Both the position numbers and the translations under genes were made by a program. The notes beneath the pieces are model-generated. The model searched no databases. It worked only from the letters and a program-made list of their open reading frames with translations, and was not told the DNA's origin. Positions 1 to 9,527 of a DNA stretch of 42,062 nucleotides are shown here, in pieces; position 1 is the first letter of the stretch; each line of letters opens with the position of its first letter. The DNA comes from a virus (Duplodnaviria > Caudoviricetes): positions 1-42,062 of IMG/VR virus record IMGVR_UViG_3300049792_000039. The stretch is one strand, 5' to 3'.

Positions 1-41
1 GGCGGCGGCCCCGGGGGGGGGGCCCCGCCCCCCCCCCCCCC

Positions 42-232
42 GGCCTCCCACCCTGCCATGGCGCACATGCCGGAGGAGTCACGTGCTGTTATACAGCCCA
101 AGATAGTTGTTGGGACAAAGATCCCCGGTCAGAGGCCATGTGAGGCATAGTCGTCCGTACAGTAGATAACAGGGAGTAACTGCCGCCAGTGCGCCGGGGG
201 TAGGGTGGGAGGCCACCAACCCTCCCACCCTG
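42..232. repeat. Repeated CCTCCCACCCT motif (direct and inverted copies)
   Basis: GGCCTCCCACCCT at 42-54, its reverse complement AGGGTGGGAGGCC at 202-214, CCTCCCACCCTG at 221-232; related AGGGTGGGCGG at 42048-42058. Confidence 0.8.
79..179. promoter_or_regulatory. Two BldD-box-like sites upstream of the rightward late operon
   Basis: gTCAC-GTGCT-GTTAt (79-91) and aTAAC-AGGGA-GTAAc (167-179) match the TNAC-N5-GTNA core. Confidence 0.4.
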
Positions 233-250
233 ATAACGAGGAGATAACGG

Positions 251-598
251 ATGCCAAAGAAATTTCGGCCGAGGCCAGTGTATTTCGAGACGACGGTACC
301 TGTGATAAGGCAATGCAGTGCCTGCGGTGTGTGGCTCGCTGCCGGAGTCGCCGAGGGCATCAAGGCCGAGATCGAACTCGCCGTCCAACTCGACACCGGC
401 CAGCGGCTGTGGTGCGTCATGAACAAGGTCGAGATGTACGCACTCCGGCGCACCGGCCTCATCCAGATGGATTCGATGCGGTTAACCGACCCGAGATGGG
501 AGGCGTTGTTCCCCCAGCACCACTGCCACATCAGATGGACGGTTCCCGACCTCGGGGCATTTCGCAGACCGCCTCGGGACTATTCCATACCGTTCTGA
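251..598 (+). CDS. Hypothetical protein, probable Zn-binding
   Basis: RBS GAGGAG upstream; CSAC and HHCH motifs. Confidence 0.7.
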   Translation: MPKKFRPRPVYFETTVPVIRQCSACGVWLAAGVAEGIKAEIELAVQLDTGQRLWCVMNKVEMYALRRTGLIQMDSMRLTDPRWEALFPQHHCHIRWTVPDLGAFRRPPRDYSIPF

Positions 599-610
599 TA
601 GGATGAGGGC

Positions 611-829
611 ATGTCGACAACCACTATCGAGTACCCGCAGGCGGGGACGAAGGCGCAGCGCGTCCTCCAATTCATTCGGGATAACCCGAAGACGTCCCGG
701 AACGCCATCATCAGCCAACTCGACCTCAATCCCAGCGTGGTGCGGAAGGCGGTGAGCGCTCTGATCGACCACGGGGTTATCGTGGACGAGCCGACCGAGG
801 CTGGGCACCACCAGTACAGCGCGAAATGA
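611..829 (+). CDS. Small winged helix-turn-helix DNA-binding protein
   Basis: RVLQFIRDNPKTSRNAIISQLDLNPSVVRKAVSALIDHGVI has a wHTH pattern. Confidence 0.75.
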   Translation: MSTTTIEYPQAGTKAQRVLQFIRDNPKTSRNAIISQLDLNPSVVRKAVSALIDHGVIVDEPTEAGHHQYSAK

Positions 830-981
830 GGGCCAAGGACTGGTGGGCGCTCGCCTTCGTTAGTCTGCTCTTGTTCGCCATCTGCGGACAGGCCATGAGG
901 GTTTCCGGAGACGACAACGCGTGCGCTACAGTCGGAGGCCATCTTGAAGGATTCTTCGGCGTGGAATGCGTGAAACCATGA
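826..981 (+). CDS. Small membrane/secreted protein (51 aa, not in ORF track)
   Basis: MRAKDWWALAFVSLLLFAICG...; ATGA overlaps with both neighbours. Confidence 0.6.
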   Translation: MRAKDWWALAFVSLLLFAICGQAMRVSGDDNACATVGGHLEGFFGVECVKP

Positions 982-1409
982 CGATAAAGTTGGCTTGCAC
1001 CGACTGCGGCAGCACCACCCGAAAACTCAATCAGACCTCGCCGAAAGTGTGGTTGTGCCTTGAGGATATCCGAAAGCGCAAGAAAGCCCGAAGCCTGGCT
1101 CGACGTGACCAGCGTCAGCGGGGCGTCTTCGGAATTACACTCGAAGAAAGTAATCTCCTGGTTGAATTCCAAGGGGGAGGATGCATTTGCGCACCTTGGA
1201 CGGGTTATAACGGAGCTACCCGAGCCCTTTCCACAGACCATGATCATCGAAGCGGTGTCGTCAGAGGGAAACTCTGTAAACATTGCAATGATCTACTCGG
1301 GCGAGTACGCGATGATCCAGAGTATTTTCGTCGAATGATCGCCTATCTGGAGAACCCGCCTGCGGTGAGACTACTGGGGGCGAGGGTGGTTCCCGGCCAT
1401 GGTGCGTAA
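978..1409 (+). CDS. Recombination endonuclease VII family protein
   Basis: QGGGCIC...DHDHRSGVVRGKLCKHCNDLLG...AYLENPP signature; start taken at the ATGA overlap at 978. Confidence 0.9.
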   Translation: MTIKLACTDCGSTTRKLNQTSPKVWLCLEDIRKRKKARSLARRDQRQRGVFGITLEESNLLVEFQGGGCICAPWTGYNGATRALSTDHDHRSGVVRGKLCKHCNDLLGRVRDDPEYFRRMIAYLENPPAVRLLGARVVPGHGA

Positions 1410-1482
1410 ATGGACGTTCTGGATGCTGATCATTGACGTGATCTGGCTGGCAACCCTGCTCGGTATGTGGCTCTGGGGGTAA
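1399..1482 (+). CDS. Tiny single-TM peptide (27 aa)
   Basis: MVRKWTFWMLIIDVIWLATLLGMWLWG fills the gap between EndoVII and HNH. Confidence 0.45.
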   Translation: MVRKWTFWMLIIDVIWLATLLGMWLWG

Positions 1483-1487
1483 ACATC

Positions 1488-2024
1488 ATGACAGACGATC
1501 TGGTACAATGGGCACAGGGTACTCCTATCGGGGTGGTAGGGAATGCCCCCGGCGTGGACCTGCTGGCCTCGGCTCAGGTCGCGTCGGGGGTACCCGATCC
1601 TAGGCTCAAGCCAAGTCGATCCCGCCCGAACCGTGGACGTAAGCGCCGGTTCATCGGACCCCTCCTCGAAACCCCCCCCTGGGATATTCTCCACGCGACC
1701 GGATACCCCATACCCTCCAACCTGAAATGTCTACCCTGGGTACCCCCCCAGTGGAGAAGGGGAAGCCGATACGTACAGTGGCGGGAAGAAGTGCTCGACA
1801 TGTGGGGGACCGTGTGCCACATCTGCGGTCACGAAGATGCACGTACACGAGACCACCTCGTCCCGCTATCGCTGTGGGGTAACCAGCCTTACGATGCGAG
1901 AATTAGTAGACCTGCACATGGTATCGAGGGTTGTCCTACTTGTCATGTAAAGTGCAACAGTAGTAGAGGCAACAAGCTGCTTGGCAATGCAATTCGTGAT
2001 TACAAGCCACCAACGCAGCTATGA
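1488..2024 (+). CDS. HNH endonuclease (terminase-associated type); start uncertain
   Basis: CHICG...TRDHLVPLS...PAH...CNSSRGNK; lies just upstream of the terminase genes. Confidence 0.85.
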   Translation: MTDDLVQWAQGTPIGVVGNAPGVDLLASAQVASGVPDPRLKPSRSRPNRGRKRRFIGPLLETPPWDILHATGYPIPSNLKCLPWVPPQWRRGSRYVQWREEVLDMWGTVCHICGHEDARTRDHLVPLSLWGNQPYDARISRPAHGIEGCPTCHVKCNSSRGNKLLGNAIRDYKPPTQL

Positions 2025-2100
2025 AAGGCAAGTTTTTTTAGGACGATTGATTTGTCGAGACCCCGCCAGTCGTTTGCTTATATATACACGGCCGAGCTGG
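2025..2100. other. Candidate cos/packaging region
   Basis: AT-rich non-coding segment (T7 run, GACCCCGCC, TATATATAC) between HNH and the small terminase, where cos lies in HK97-like phages. Confidence 0.4.
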
Positions 2101-2141
2101 GGTGGAGATACTAGTCACATGACAATTCTGAGGGGATCAAG

Positions 2142-2435
2142 ATGCGACGCACCGACCAACCCGCACCCATCGTTCGCGGTGAAGTGCCCGACGAGCCGTC
2201 GGGCGACATTTGGATGGAGTCGGCCCCCATTGGGGACGATGGGAGCATTCAGTGGCACCCCGACGGAGCCGACGTCCCCGACCGCGCAGTCGGCATGAGC
2301 ATCGCTCTCCTCGGGTTCGTTCTGCTGTTCGTGCTGGCCTTGATCTACGTGTTCGGCGGAATTGTCACAGCTGGCCCTCCGGTTCCACTTCACACCCCCA
2401 CGACGTACGGTCCTCCGCCGACGGTGGTACACTAA
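2142..2435 (+). CDS. Hypothetical membrane protein
   Basis: Hydrophobic segment MSIALLGFVLLFVLALIYVFGGIV. Confidence 0.6.
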   Translation: MRRTDQPAPIVRGEVPDEPSGDIWMESAPIGDDGSIQWHPDGADVPDRAVGMSIALLGFVLLFVLALIYVFGGIVTAGPPVPLHTPTTYGPPPTVVH

Positions 2436-2439
2436 TACC

Positions 2440-2823
2440 ATGCGTAGTGAACTGGGTGATTCGGGTCGTGCGATCTGGGACGCGTACGGGGCGGAGAAGC
2501 TCGACGCACCGGCACGAACCTTAGTTCTGTCCTACGCGCGTGCTGCGGATGTTGCCGATAGGCTCGACGGCCTGGCGATGGCGCGAACCGACTCGTGGGC
2601 GACCCTGGTGTTCGACGAGATGGGCGAGGTCCATCTGGCTGTCGACAAGATCCTGGACCAAACGCGCAACCAGCTGCTGGCGTTGAAGACGATTTACGCG
2701 GAGTTGAGGCAGGCCGGAATCCGTCCGGCGCAGACTAAATCGCAGACGGCTGACGAGGAGCCCGACGACATGCTGACCAAGCGGCGCAAGGAACGTGAAG
2801 AGCGTGAGCGTAAACTCGGGTGA
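2440..2823 (+). CDS. terS: Terminase small subunit
   Basis: MRSELGDSGRAIWDAY...ADRLD...QTRNQLLALKTIYAELR is typical of actinophage TerS; directly precedes TerL. Confidence 0.75.
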   Translation: MRSELGDSGRAIWDAYGAEKLDAPARTLVLSYARAADVADRLDGLAMARTDSWATLVFDEMGEVHLAVDKILDQTRNQLLALKTIYAELRQAGIRPAQTKSQTADEEPDDMLTKRRKEREERERKLG

Positions 2824-4324
2824 TTTGATCCTCCCCCGGGTCGCCAATTATCCCAAGTATCTGACCAGCGCGGGCGGAGAGGTCATCGACCTCATGTCCG
2901 ACCTCGGTCGACCGCTTGACGGCTGGCAGGCTTGGATCATCGAAAAGGGGCTGGGTCAGAAAAAGGATGAAGACGGCGAACTCGTCATGGCAGCCGACAC
3001 GTGCGGTTGCTGGGTCCCCCGCCAAAATGGCAAAGGGGATATCATCATGGCGCTGGAAATCGGTTGGCTGTTCTTGTTCGGAATTCCGCTGATTGGCCAT
3101 TCCGCTCACCTCTATTCCACTGCGCACGAGGGTTTCATCCGGATTAAGAGCCTGATCGAGGAGAACGATGCGATTCTCGGCTCTGCTGTCAACCGGGTGT
3201 GGAGCGGGGTGGGCAACCAGGGCATCGAGCTTACTCCCAAGTACAACCGGGCGCGCCTGCGGTTTGCTGCTCGGGAAGGCGGACAAGGCCTCGGTTTCTC
3301 GTTTCCCAAGCTAATCATGGATGAGGCGCAGGCACTGACGGCAGACTTGATGCAGACGCTGATGCCGACCCAGTCTGCAATGTTTGACCCGCAGGTGTGG
3401 TTTTTTGGCACTCCGCCTCGCAACGACAAAGCTTGGATTTACACGATTAAGGCAGCGGGCGAGGCTTGCGCCCCCAATACGGCTTGGTTTGACTACGGTA
3501 TCGACTACATCGACCCGATGCGCGACTCCGCAGAATTTCGCAAGGTGGTCGGGTCGGAGGAAACGAATCGCAAGACCAATCCGAGCATGGGTGTACGCCG
3601 ACCGAACAAAAGTGGAGTTCGGCAGAAAGCAGCGGACGGCGAGCTGTCCAAGCTCGGCGTGACGATGGCGTTCGCGATGGAGCGCAACGGGATGTGGCTC
3701 CCGCGCGCCAGACAAGACGGTGACAACGCAATCGACCCGGTGGTGTGGGGGCGGCTCGCTGCCATCAAGCCGGAGGTGCCGGGCGACATCGCCGTCGCAT
3801 TCCACATCAATGCCAAGAGGACTCACGGCACCATCATGTGGGCTGGCAAAATCGGTGGGGTCTGGCGAATCGGTATCGCTGATCACAAACCGGGGGTGGA
3901 TTGGATCATGCCTCGTCTGGTCGACCTGAAGACCAAGTACGGGCCGATTGCGTTTGCTGTGGACGCGCGGGGTGAGACGGCGATCAACGACCTGAAGGCG
4001 ATCGGAATCGAGCTGCCGAAGGACCCGGACCGCCCGAAGCGGGGGGACCTGATCATTCCGGGTATCGACGGAATGGCGCAGGCGTTTGCGATGTTGGTCG
4101 ATGCCGCTACGGCAGCGACCCCGATGATCTTGCACCACAACGAACCCCCGCTTAACTCGGCCGTTTCGGTTCCGGCTCGCCCCCTCGGTGGAGGGTCGAC
4201 GTTCGATCACAAGGTCGGGGTCGAGGTTGGTCCGTCCTGTGGGGGCGGCTTGGCGATGTGGGCATATCGGGAACGGGTCGACAAGGTCGTCAGCGAGTAC
4301 GATCCGCTTGACCACATCTTCTAG
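2795..4324 (+). CDS. terL: Terminase large subunit
   Basis: Walker A PRQNGKG, Walker B LIMDEAQ, GTPP coupling motif; start may be GTG 2804. Confidence 0.95.
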   Translation: MKSVSVNSGDLILPRVANYPKYLTSAGGEVIDLMSDLGRPLDGWQAWIIEKGLGQKKDEDGELVMAADTCGCWVPRQNGKGDIIMALEIGWLFLFGIPLIGHSAHLYSTAHEGFIRIKSLIEENDAILGSAVNRVWSGVGNQGIELTPKYNRARLRFAAREGGQGLGFSFPKLIMDEAQALTADLMQTLMPTQSAMFDPQVWFFGTPPRNDKAWIYTIKAAGEACAPNTAWFDYGIDYIDPMRDSAEFRKVVGSEETNRKTNPSMGVRRPNKSGVRQKAADGELSKLGVTMAFAMERNGMWLPRARQDGDNAIDPVVWGRLAAIKPEVPGDIAVAFHINAKRTHGTIMWAGKIGGVWRIGIADHKPGVDWIMPRLVDLKTKYGPIAFAVDARGETAINDLKAIGIELPKDPDRPKRGDLIIPGIDGMAQAFAMLVDAATAATPMILHHNEPPLNSAVSVPARPLGGGSTFDHKVGVEVGPSCGGGLAMWAYRERVDKVVSEYDPLDHIF

Positions 4325-4368
4325 GAGCGAGACGGCGGTAGTGATACGCTGTCCTGAGGGCGGGGAGG

Positions 4369-4590
4369 ATGAGCATGGAACAGGTGGTCGGTGGGGTTGC
4401 CGCAGCGACTGGCTATGTCCTGCGCGTCCTGGTCTTCCTGGTGTCGTGGCTCCCGGCCATCGCCGGGCCGTCCCTGGTGCTCTACGGGGCCTACCAGTAC
4501 TCGCCCCCGGCCTCGTATATCCTGGCGGGCCTGGTGGTTTCTCTCTTGACCTTCGTGCGGCCGAATCGGAAGGGGGCGCGGCGTAGGTGA
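4369..4590 (+). CDS. Small membrane protein
   Basis: Hydrophobic helices; RBS GGAGG; located between TerL and portal. Confidence 0.7.
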   Translation: MSMEQVVGGVAAATGYVLRVLVFLVSWLPAIAGPSLVLYGAYQYSPPASYILAGLVVSLLTFVRPNRKGARRR

Positions 4591-5801
4591 GGAACCCCCT
4601 TAGCCGGAAGAAAGCCGAAAAGCGGCAGGAGTATATCGGACAGTGGCCAGCGATGCCACTGTCTTCCCTTGCGCTCGGTCTCGGTCGGTCGTACCAGGAG
4701 GTCGACGCGGTCACGGGGGAGAACAGCCTCCAATCGATTGCCTTCCGTCAGGCCGTCGACCTGATGGCCTCCCTGGTCAGTGAGCTACATTTTGACGTCT
4801 ACTCTGGTGAGGGGCTGTCTCGCCGGAAGCGTCCGACCCCTGGTTACCTTGAAGACCCGTCCGGCGACGGTTACGGCGTCCAGGACTGGATCTACATGCT
4901 CTGCCAGTCCTGGTTCCTGCGAGGCAACGCCTACGGTAACATCCTCGACCAGGGGCCGACTGGGATGCTGCGGCAGGTTGATCTCTACCACCCCGATCGG
5001 GTGAACGTCCACCTCGAAGATGGTGTTCCGTCGTGGAATGTCAATGGGACGCAGATTCCGGCTAATCGCATGTTCCATCGCCGGGCCTTCCCCGTTGCGG
5101 GAACCTTGCTGGGTGCGTCGCCAGTCGCTTATCACGCCGATTCGCTCGGCCTTTCCATCGCGGCCACCCGATTCGGCAAGAGCTGGTTCCAGGACGGCGG
5201 GCACCCGGGCGGCATCCTGTCGAACTCCGAAGCGGACATGTCCGACTCTAACGTGGTCCAAACCGCCAAGGATCGGTTCATGGCTGCGTTGTTCGGCACG
5301 CGGGAGCCGGTCGTGCTCGGTCGCGGTTGGAAGTTCGATCAGATCCAGGTCGCTCCGGAGGAGTCGCAGTTTCTGGAAACCCAGCAGTACTCGGAGGGCC
5401 AGGCAGCTCGAATCATGGGAGCAGGGATCGCCGAGGTGCTCGGTTATTCTACCGGGTCCACCCTGACGTACGCGAACATCGTGGACCGTGACATCGAGCT
5501 GCTGAAGTACGCGGCTGACCGATGGTTTAAGCGGATGGAGCGGATCCTTTCCGCTTTCCTGCCCAGGCCGCAGTACGTCCAGTACGACCGCGATTCGTTC
5601 CTCGACACCAACATCATGCAGCGTTGGCAGGTCAACAAGGTCAAGCTGGAGACGGGCGCGTACGTCATCAACGAGGTCCGCGCCAAGAACAACGACCAGC
5701 CCGTCGACTGGGGCAACCAACCGATGGCGCTCACTCTCAAGCCCGAACCGGAGTCCGCCCCGGACCCCGAACCTGACCCCCCGACTGGAGGAGACGCATG
5801 A
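4587..5801 (+). CDS. Portal protein, HK97 family
   Basis: LRGNAY, PEESQFLETQ and INEVRA motifs; position. Confidence 0.95.
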   Translation: MRNPLSRKKAEKRQEYIGQWPAMPLSSLALGLGRSYQEVDAVTGENSLQSIAFRQAVDLMASLVSELHFDVYSGEGLSRRKRPTPGYLEDPSGDGYGVQDWIYMLCQSWFLRGNAYGNILDQGPTGMLRQVDLYHPDRVNVHLEDGVPSWNVNGTQIPANRMFHRRAFPVAGTLLGASPVAYHADSLGLSIAATRFGKSWFQDGGHPGGILSNSEADMSDSNVVQTAKDRFMAALFGTREPVVLGRGWKFDQIQVAPEESQFLETQQYSEGQAARIMGAGIAEVLGYSTGSTLTYANIVDRDIELLKYAADRWFKRMERILSAFLPRPQYVQYDRDSFLDTNIMQRWQVNKVKLETGAYVINEVRAKNNDQPVDWGNQPMALTLKPEPESAPDPEPDPPTGGDA

Positions 5802-6634
5802 GGATCAAGGGCCTCCCGATCGTTCGGTCGGGAACAGCGCTTCCGTTTCGTGCCGCTGAGGGCACCGACCCGGAGGCGACCGAATCGGCTGCCGCCGACG
5901 GCACCCTCGGTCGGCTGTGGGTCCGGTTTTCGCCTTTCGACACCCCGTATGAGATTAACTCGTACTGGGAGGGGCGCTTCATCGAGCGGACCCGCCCCGG
6001 TGCGTTCAAGAAGACGATCTCCGAGTCGAAGTCCGGCGATGGCAAGTTCAGCACGAAGGTGCTGTTCAACCACGGCTCGGATCTGAACATCGGCGACAAG
6101 CCGCTTGCTCGTGCCGATTCGCTGTCCGAGATCAACTCCGACGGGTATCACGGGCCGGAGCTGATCGGCGACCTGTATGACACGTCGTATAACCGGGACC
6201 TGTTGCCCGGCCTGCGCGACGGAGCGTTCGGTTCGAGCTTCATGTTCGAGGTCATCAACGAGACCTGGCGCAATGAACCGGAGCCGAGCGACATTAACCC
6301 GGAGGGGCTGCCGGAGCGCGACATCACTGAGGTGCGTCTGTTCGAGGCCGGGCCGGTTACGTGGCCTGCCTCACCGACCGCGTCAGCCGGTATGCGTTCT
6401 CGTTGCATGACCGATGGGTACATGGAGCAGCTTGCGGCCCGATCCAAGGACCGCTACGAGACCCTGGTACGATCGTATGAAGCGGCTCGGGCGTTGTATC
6501 ACCCAGCCGAATTCAAGCCCGGTACCCCGACACTCGGCGACCCCAGCCCGAGCCGTCAGGTCGATGAGGCAGTAACACTGGCCCGTGCTGCCAAGGCGCG
6601 CGCCTACCGACTCGAACTGATGAAGCGAGGGTAA
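5798..6634 (+). CDS. Prohead maturation protease, HK97 family
   Basis: PGAFKKTI, VLFNHG, GSSFMF, EVRLFEAGPVTWPA. Confidence 0.93.
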   Translation: MRIKGLPIVRSGTALPFRAAEGTDPEATESAAADGTLGRLWVRFSPFDTPYEINSYWEGRFIERTRPGAFKKTISESKSGDGKFSTKVLFNHGSDLNIGDKPLARADSLSEINSDGYHGPELIGDLYDTSYNRDLLPGLRDGAFGSSFMFEVINETWRNEPEPSDINPEGLPERDITEVRLFEAGPVTWPASPTASAGMRSRCMTDGYMEQLAARSKDRYETLVRSYEAARALYHPAEFKPGTPTLGDPSPSRQVDEAVTLARAAKARAYRLELMKRG

Positions 6635-6635
6635 C

Positions 6636-8252
6636 ATGCGAGGACATCTCGCCAAGGGTGGTGCGTTCCGCAAGGAGCACCTGCCCGTCCACCCGTACAC
6701 CGGCCTGCGCGCAATCGGCTTGCTGCCGAACGGCAAGCCGGTCTACCCGGCCATGGGCGGCTCGACCGACCTGGACCCGATCGAGACGCTGGAAATCCGC
6801 CAGCGTGAGCTGATCGACCTCATGGACGCTGCCGCCAAGGACGCTGCCAACGAGACGCGGTCGGCTGACCAGCGCAAGGACGACGGCGCGACGTTCGACC
6901 AGTACGAGGCCGAGTTCAAGAAGAACGAGGCCAAGATCGATGAGCAGCGCTCCATCATCAAGGTTCGTGAGGAGCGCGAGCAGCGCGTTGCTGCCGCCCG
7001 CAAGCAGTACGGCGACCTCAACGTCAAGCCGGGCGAGGACCGGGGCATGGACCGCTGGAATGTCGACTACCGGCAGATGGGCGACCCCGACACCCACGAG
7101 GCGTGGATCGGCCGGGCGTCCAAGATCCTCGACGACAAGCGGGTCCAGCGCCACCTGTCCGACTACCAGCGCGAGCGGATGGACAAGGTCCTCCGCACCC
7201 AGAACGGTGACACTGACGGCGAGCTGATCGCCGCGTTCCTGGTTGCCACGTCCAACCCGCACTACCGTTCGGCCTTCCAGAAGGCAGCGACCGGCCTCAG
7301 CCCGGCGTTCAGCCCGGAAGAGGCTCGCTCCGTCCGCGAGGTCAACCAGCTCAAGCGGGCGATGTCGATCGGTACTCCGGCCGCTGGCGGTTACGCCGTC
7401 CCGGTCATCATCGACCCGACGATTATCCTGACGGCGCAGGGCTCGGACAACCCGATCCTGCGGCGCGCCCGGGTCGAGACGATCACCGTCGACACCTGGA
7501 AGGGCCTGGCGTCGTCCGGCGTTTCCTGGAAGATGGGCGCTGAGGCGTCGGCTTCCACGGACAACAGCCCGTCGATCTCGCAGCCGGTTGTCGACACCTC
7601 GCGTGCCGACGGCTTCATCCCGTTCTCGATCGAGGTCGGCCAGGACTGGCCCGGTTTCGCCGAGCGCATGAGCGAAATGCTCGGTTCCGGTTACGACGAG
7701 CTGCAGGCCGACAAGCTCACTCAGGGTACCGGTGCGGACAACCCGATCGGCATCCTGTCTCGGCTCGCTGCCCAGACCGCTCCCGACGTCTCGTACGGTG
7801 TCGCGACGGCTGGCACGATCGTCCCGAACGACATCTACTCGATGTGGGCGCGACTCCCGCAGCGTCACCGCCGTCGGTCCGGCAAGCTGGCCTGGATGTC
7901 GTCCACGGTCACCCAGAACGCCATCCGTCAGCTCGGCACGCTCGACCCGAACTTCACGGTCAACATGACCGCCGAGGGCATCGGCGAGCTGTTCGGCGCG
8001 CCGTACGACATGAACGACTACTTCCAGGACTTCGCGTCCGGCACCGGCACCCAGAACTGGGCGGTCGTCGGCAACTGGGACGGCTTCCTGGTCGCCCAGC
8101 GCGCGGGCATGAACATCGAGTTCGTGCCGATGCTGTTCGATGTCACCAACAACCGGCCGACCGGTCAGCGTGGTTGGTTCGCCTGGGCGCGCTTCGGCTC
8201 GGACGTCGTGGACCCGACCGCGTTCCAGCTGCTGACGAACAAGTCCAGCTGA
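6636..8252 (+). CDS. Major capsid protein, HK97 fold, with N-terminal scaffold (delta) domain
   Basis: Coiled-coil N-terminus, AAGGYAVP, RPTGQRGWFAWARFGSDVVDPTAF; ends in NKSS. Confidence 0.95.
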   Translation: MRGHLAKGGAFRKEHLPVHPYTGLRAIGLLPNGKPVYPAMGGSTDLDPIETLEIRQRELIDLMDAAAKDAANETRSADQRKDDGATFDQYEAEFKKNEAKIDEQRSIIKVREEREQRVAAARKQYGDLNVKPGEDRGMDRWNVDYRQMGDPDTHEAWIGRASKILDDKRVQRHLSDYQRERMDKVLRTQNGDTDGELIAAFLVATSNPHYRSAFQKAATGLSPAFSPEEARSVREVNQLKRAMSIGTPAAGGYAVPVIIDPTIILTAQGSDNPILRRARVETITVDTWKGLASSGVSWKMGAEASASTDNSPSISQPVVDTSRADGFIPFSIEVGQDWPGFAERMSEMLGSGYDELQADKLTQGTGADNPIGILSRLAAQTAPDVSYGVATAGTIVPNDIYSMWARLPQRHRRRSGKLAWMSSTVTQNAIRQLGTLDPNFTVNMTAEGIGELFGAPYDMNDYFQDFASGTGTQNWAVVGNWDGFLVAQRAGMNIEFVPMLFDVTNNRPTGQRGWFAWARFGSDVVDPTAFQLLTNKSS

Positions 8253-8263
8253 TCTTCCGAACA

Positions 8264-8314
8264 CCCACCGCCCCCGGTTCCAGGCCTCGTCCCCTGGAGT
8301 CCGGGGGCGGTGGG
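8264..8314 (+). terminator. Stem-loop downstream of the capsid gene
   Basis: CCCACCGCCCCCGG ... CCGGGGGCGGTGGG 14-bp stem. Confidence 0.7.
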
Positions 8315-8403
8315 GTAGGATGGGTATTGCCCTCGGCGATACGCCCTACCAATTGACGGATCGCCGGGGGAGCCAAGGACGAGACGACCTGGGAGGGTCA
8401 ACA

Positions 8404-8637
8404 ATGAAGCTCAGTAATCTTACTGGGGTGATCGCCTATTCGGGTGGTCAGCTCACCCTGCGCGAGGGCCAGACGGTGGACGACAACCACCCGATCGTCG
8501 CCGAGCGCCCCGAGCTGTTCCGAGATATCGAGGACGGCGTCGGCCAGACAGCCCAAACCCCCAATCCTCGTGTGGTCGAGTCGACCATGCAGACCGGCCC
8601 CGGCGGCGGCCGAGTCCGACGGGTTTCGGGTCAGTGA
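8404..8637 (+). CDS. Small head-module protein
   Basis: RBS GGGAGG; LREGQTVDDNHPIVAERPELF...VESTMQTGPG resembles proteins that commonly follow actinophage capsid genes. Confidence 0.7.
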   Translation: MKLSNLTGVIAYSGGQLTLREGQTVDDNHPIVAERPELFRDIEDGVGQTAQTPNPRVVESTMQTGPGGGRVRRVSGQ

Positions 8638-9527
8638 CGGGAGTGGCTCCGGTGGACGAGACGGGTGCCACCCCCCACGCCGTACCGGGCGGCGGCTCCG
8701 AGGTCGCGGGAGGACCGGGGGAGGGCATCTCCGCGTCATCCGTGCAGATCGCGTACATGCACGGCGGGCAGGTGTCGCACTCCTGGCACCAGAGCTTGAT
8801 GAACATGATCGCCTACGACAAGTCTGTCGGCCTCAATGTCATCGAGAATGCGCCGTTCGCCGTGTTCTGCTCCGGCCCCAATTCGCTGGTTGAGGGCCGC
8901 AATCTGGCCGTTCAGCATTTCCTCGACCAGACCGACGCTGAGTGGTTGTTCTTCGTCGACACCGACATGGGTTTCTCGCCTGAGGCGATGGAGCGTCTTC
9001 TGCTCGCTGCCGACCCGGAGGAACGGCCGGTGGTCGGCGGACTCTGCTTCGCACTGAAGCACGTCGGTTCGGATGGCCGGGGGGGCATGCGGGTGATGCC
9101 GGTCCCCACCCTGTTCATGTGGGCTAAGAACCCGAAGCAGGGGATGGGGTTCGCCAACCGATTCCGCTACCCGCCGGATGCGATGGTTCCGGTTGCGGGC
9201 ACCGGTGCGGCGTTCATCTTGATGCACCGATCAGCGCTGGAAGCGGTCCGGGACAAGTTCGGTGACGCCTGGTACGATTTCGTTTCGTATGAGGACGGGG
9301 CGCAGGTGAGCGAGGACCTGTCGTTTTGCTACCGGCTCGGCATCGTGGGCAAGCCGATCTACGTTCACACCGGCGTCCAAGTCTCGCACCACAAGTCGTT
9401 CTGGCTTTCGGAGTCCGACTACACGATGCCGGACCACGAGCCGATGCAGAAGATGATGGACGGCGTGGACGGCCTGAACCACCCAGGCAGCGACCGCTGG
9501 ACGGGAGGCGACAAGAAAGATGCTTGA
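8634..9527 (+). CDS. Glycosyltransferase, GT-A/GT2-like
   Basis: GRNLAV, WLFFVDTDM (DxD), GTGAAFILMHRSALE, SEDLSFCYRL, HTGVQVSHHK. Confidence 0.85.
   Translation: MTGVAPVDETGATPHAVPGGGSEVAGGPGEGISASSVQIAYMHGGQVSHSWHQSLMNMIAYDKSVGLNVIENAPFAVFCSGPNSLVEGRNLAVQHFLDQTDAEWLFFVDTDMGFSPEAMERLLLAADPEERPVVGGLCFALKHVGSDGRGGMRVMPVPTLFMWAKNPKQGMGFANRFRYPPDAMVPVAGTGAAFILMHRSALEAVRDKFGDAWYDFVSYEDGAQVSEDLSFCYRLGIVGKPIYVHTGVQVSHHKSFWLSESDYTMPDHEPMQKMMDGVDGLNHPGSDRWTGGDKKDA

Noticed and set aside
1-41. G/C homopolymer as a real terminal repeat or telomere
   Set aside because: Low-complexity contig edge next to a G4 motif; probably unreliable base calls
6513-8264. 583-aa minus-strand ORF (also 3311..4714, 22216..23358, 24272..25492, 34158..36149 and similar)
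   Set aside because: Antisense shadows of well-supported plus-strand genes; expected in high-GC DNA and without recognisable motifs
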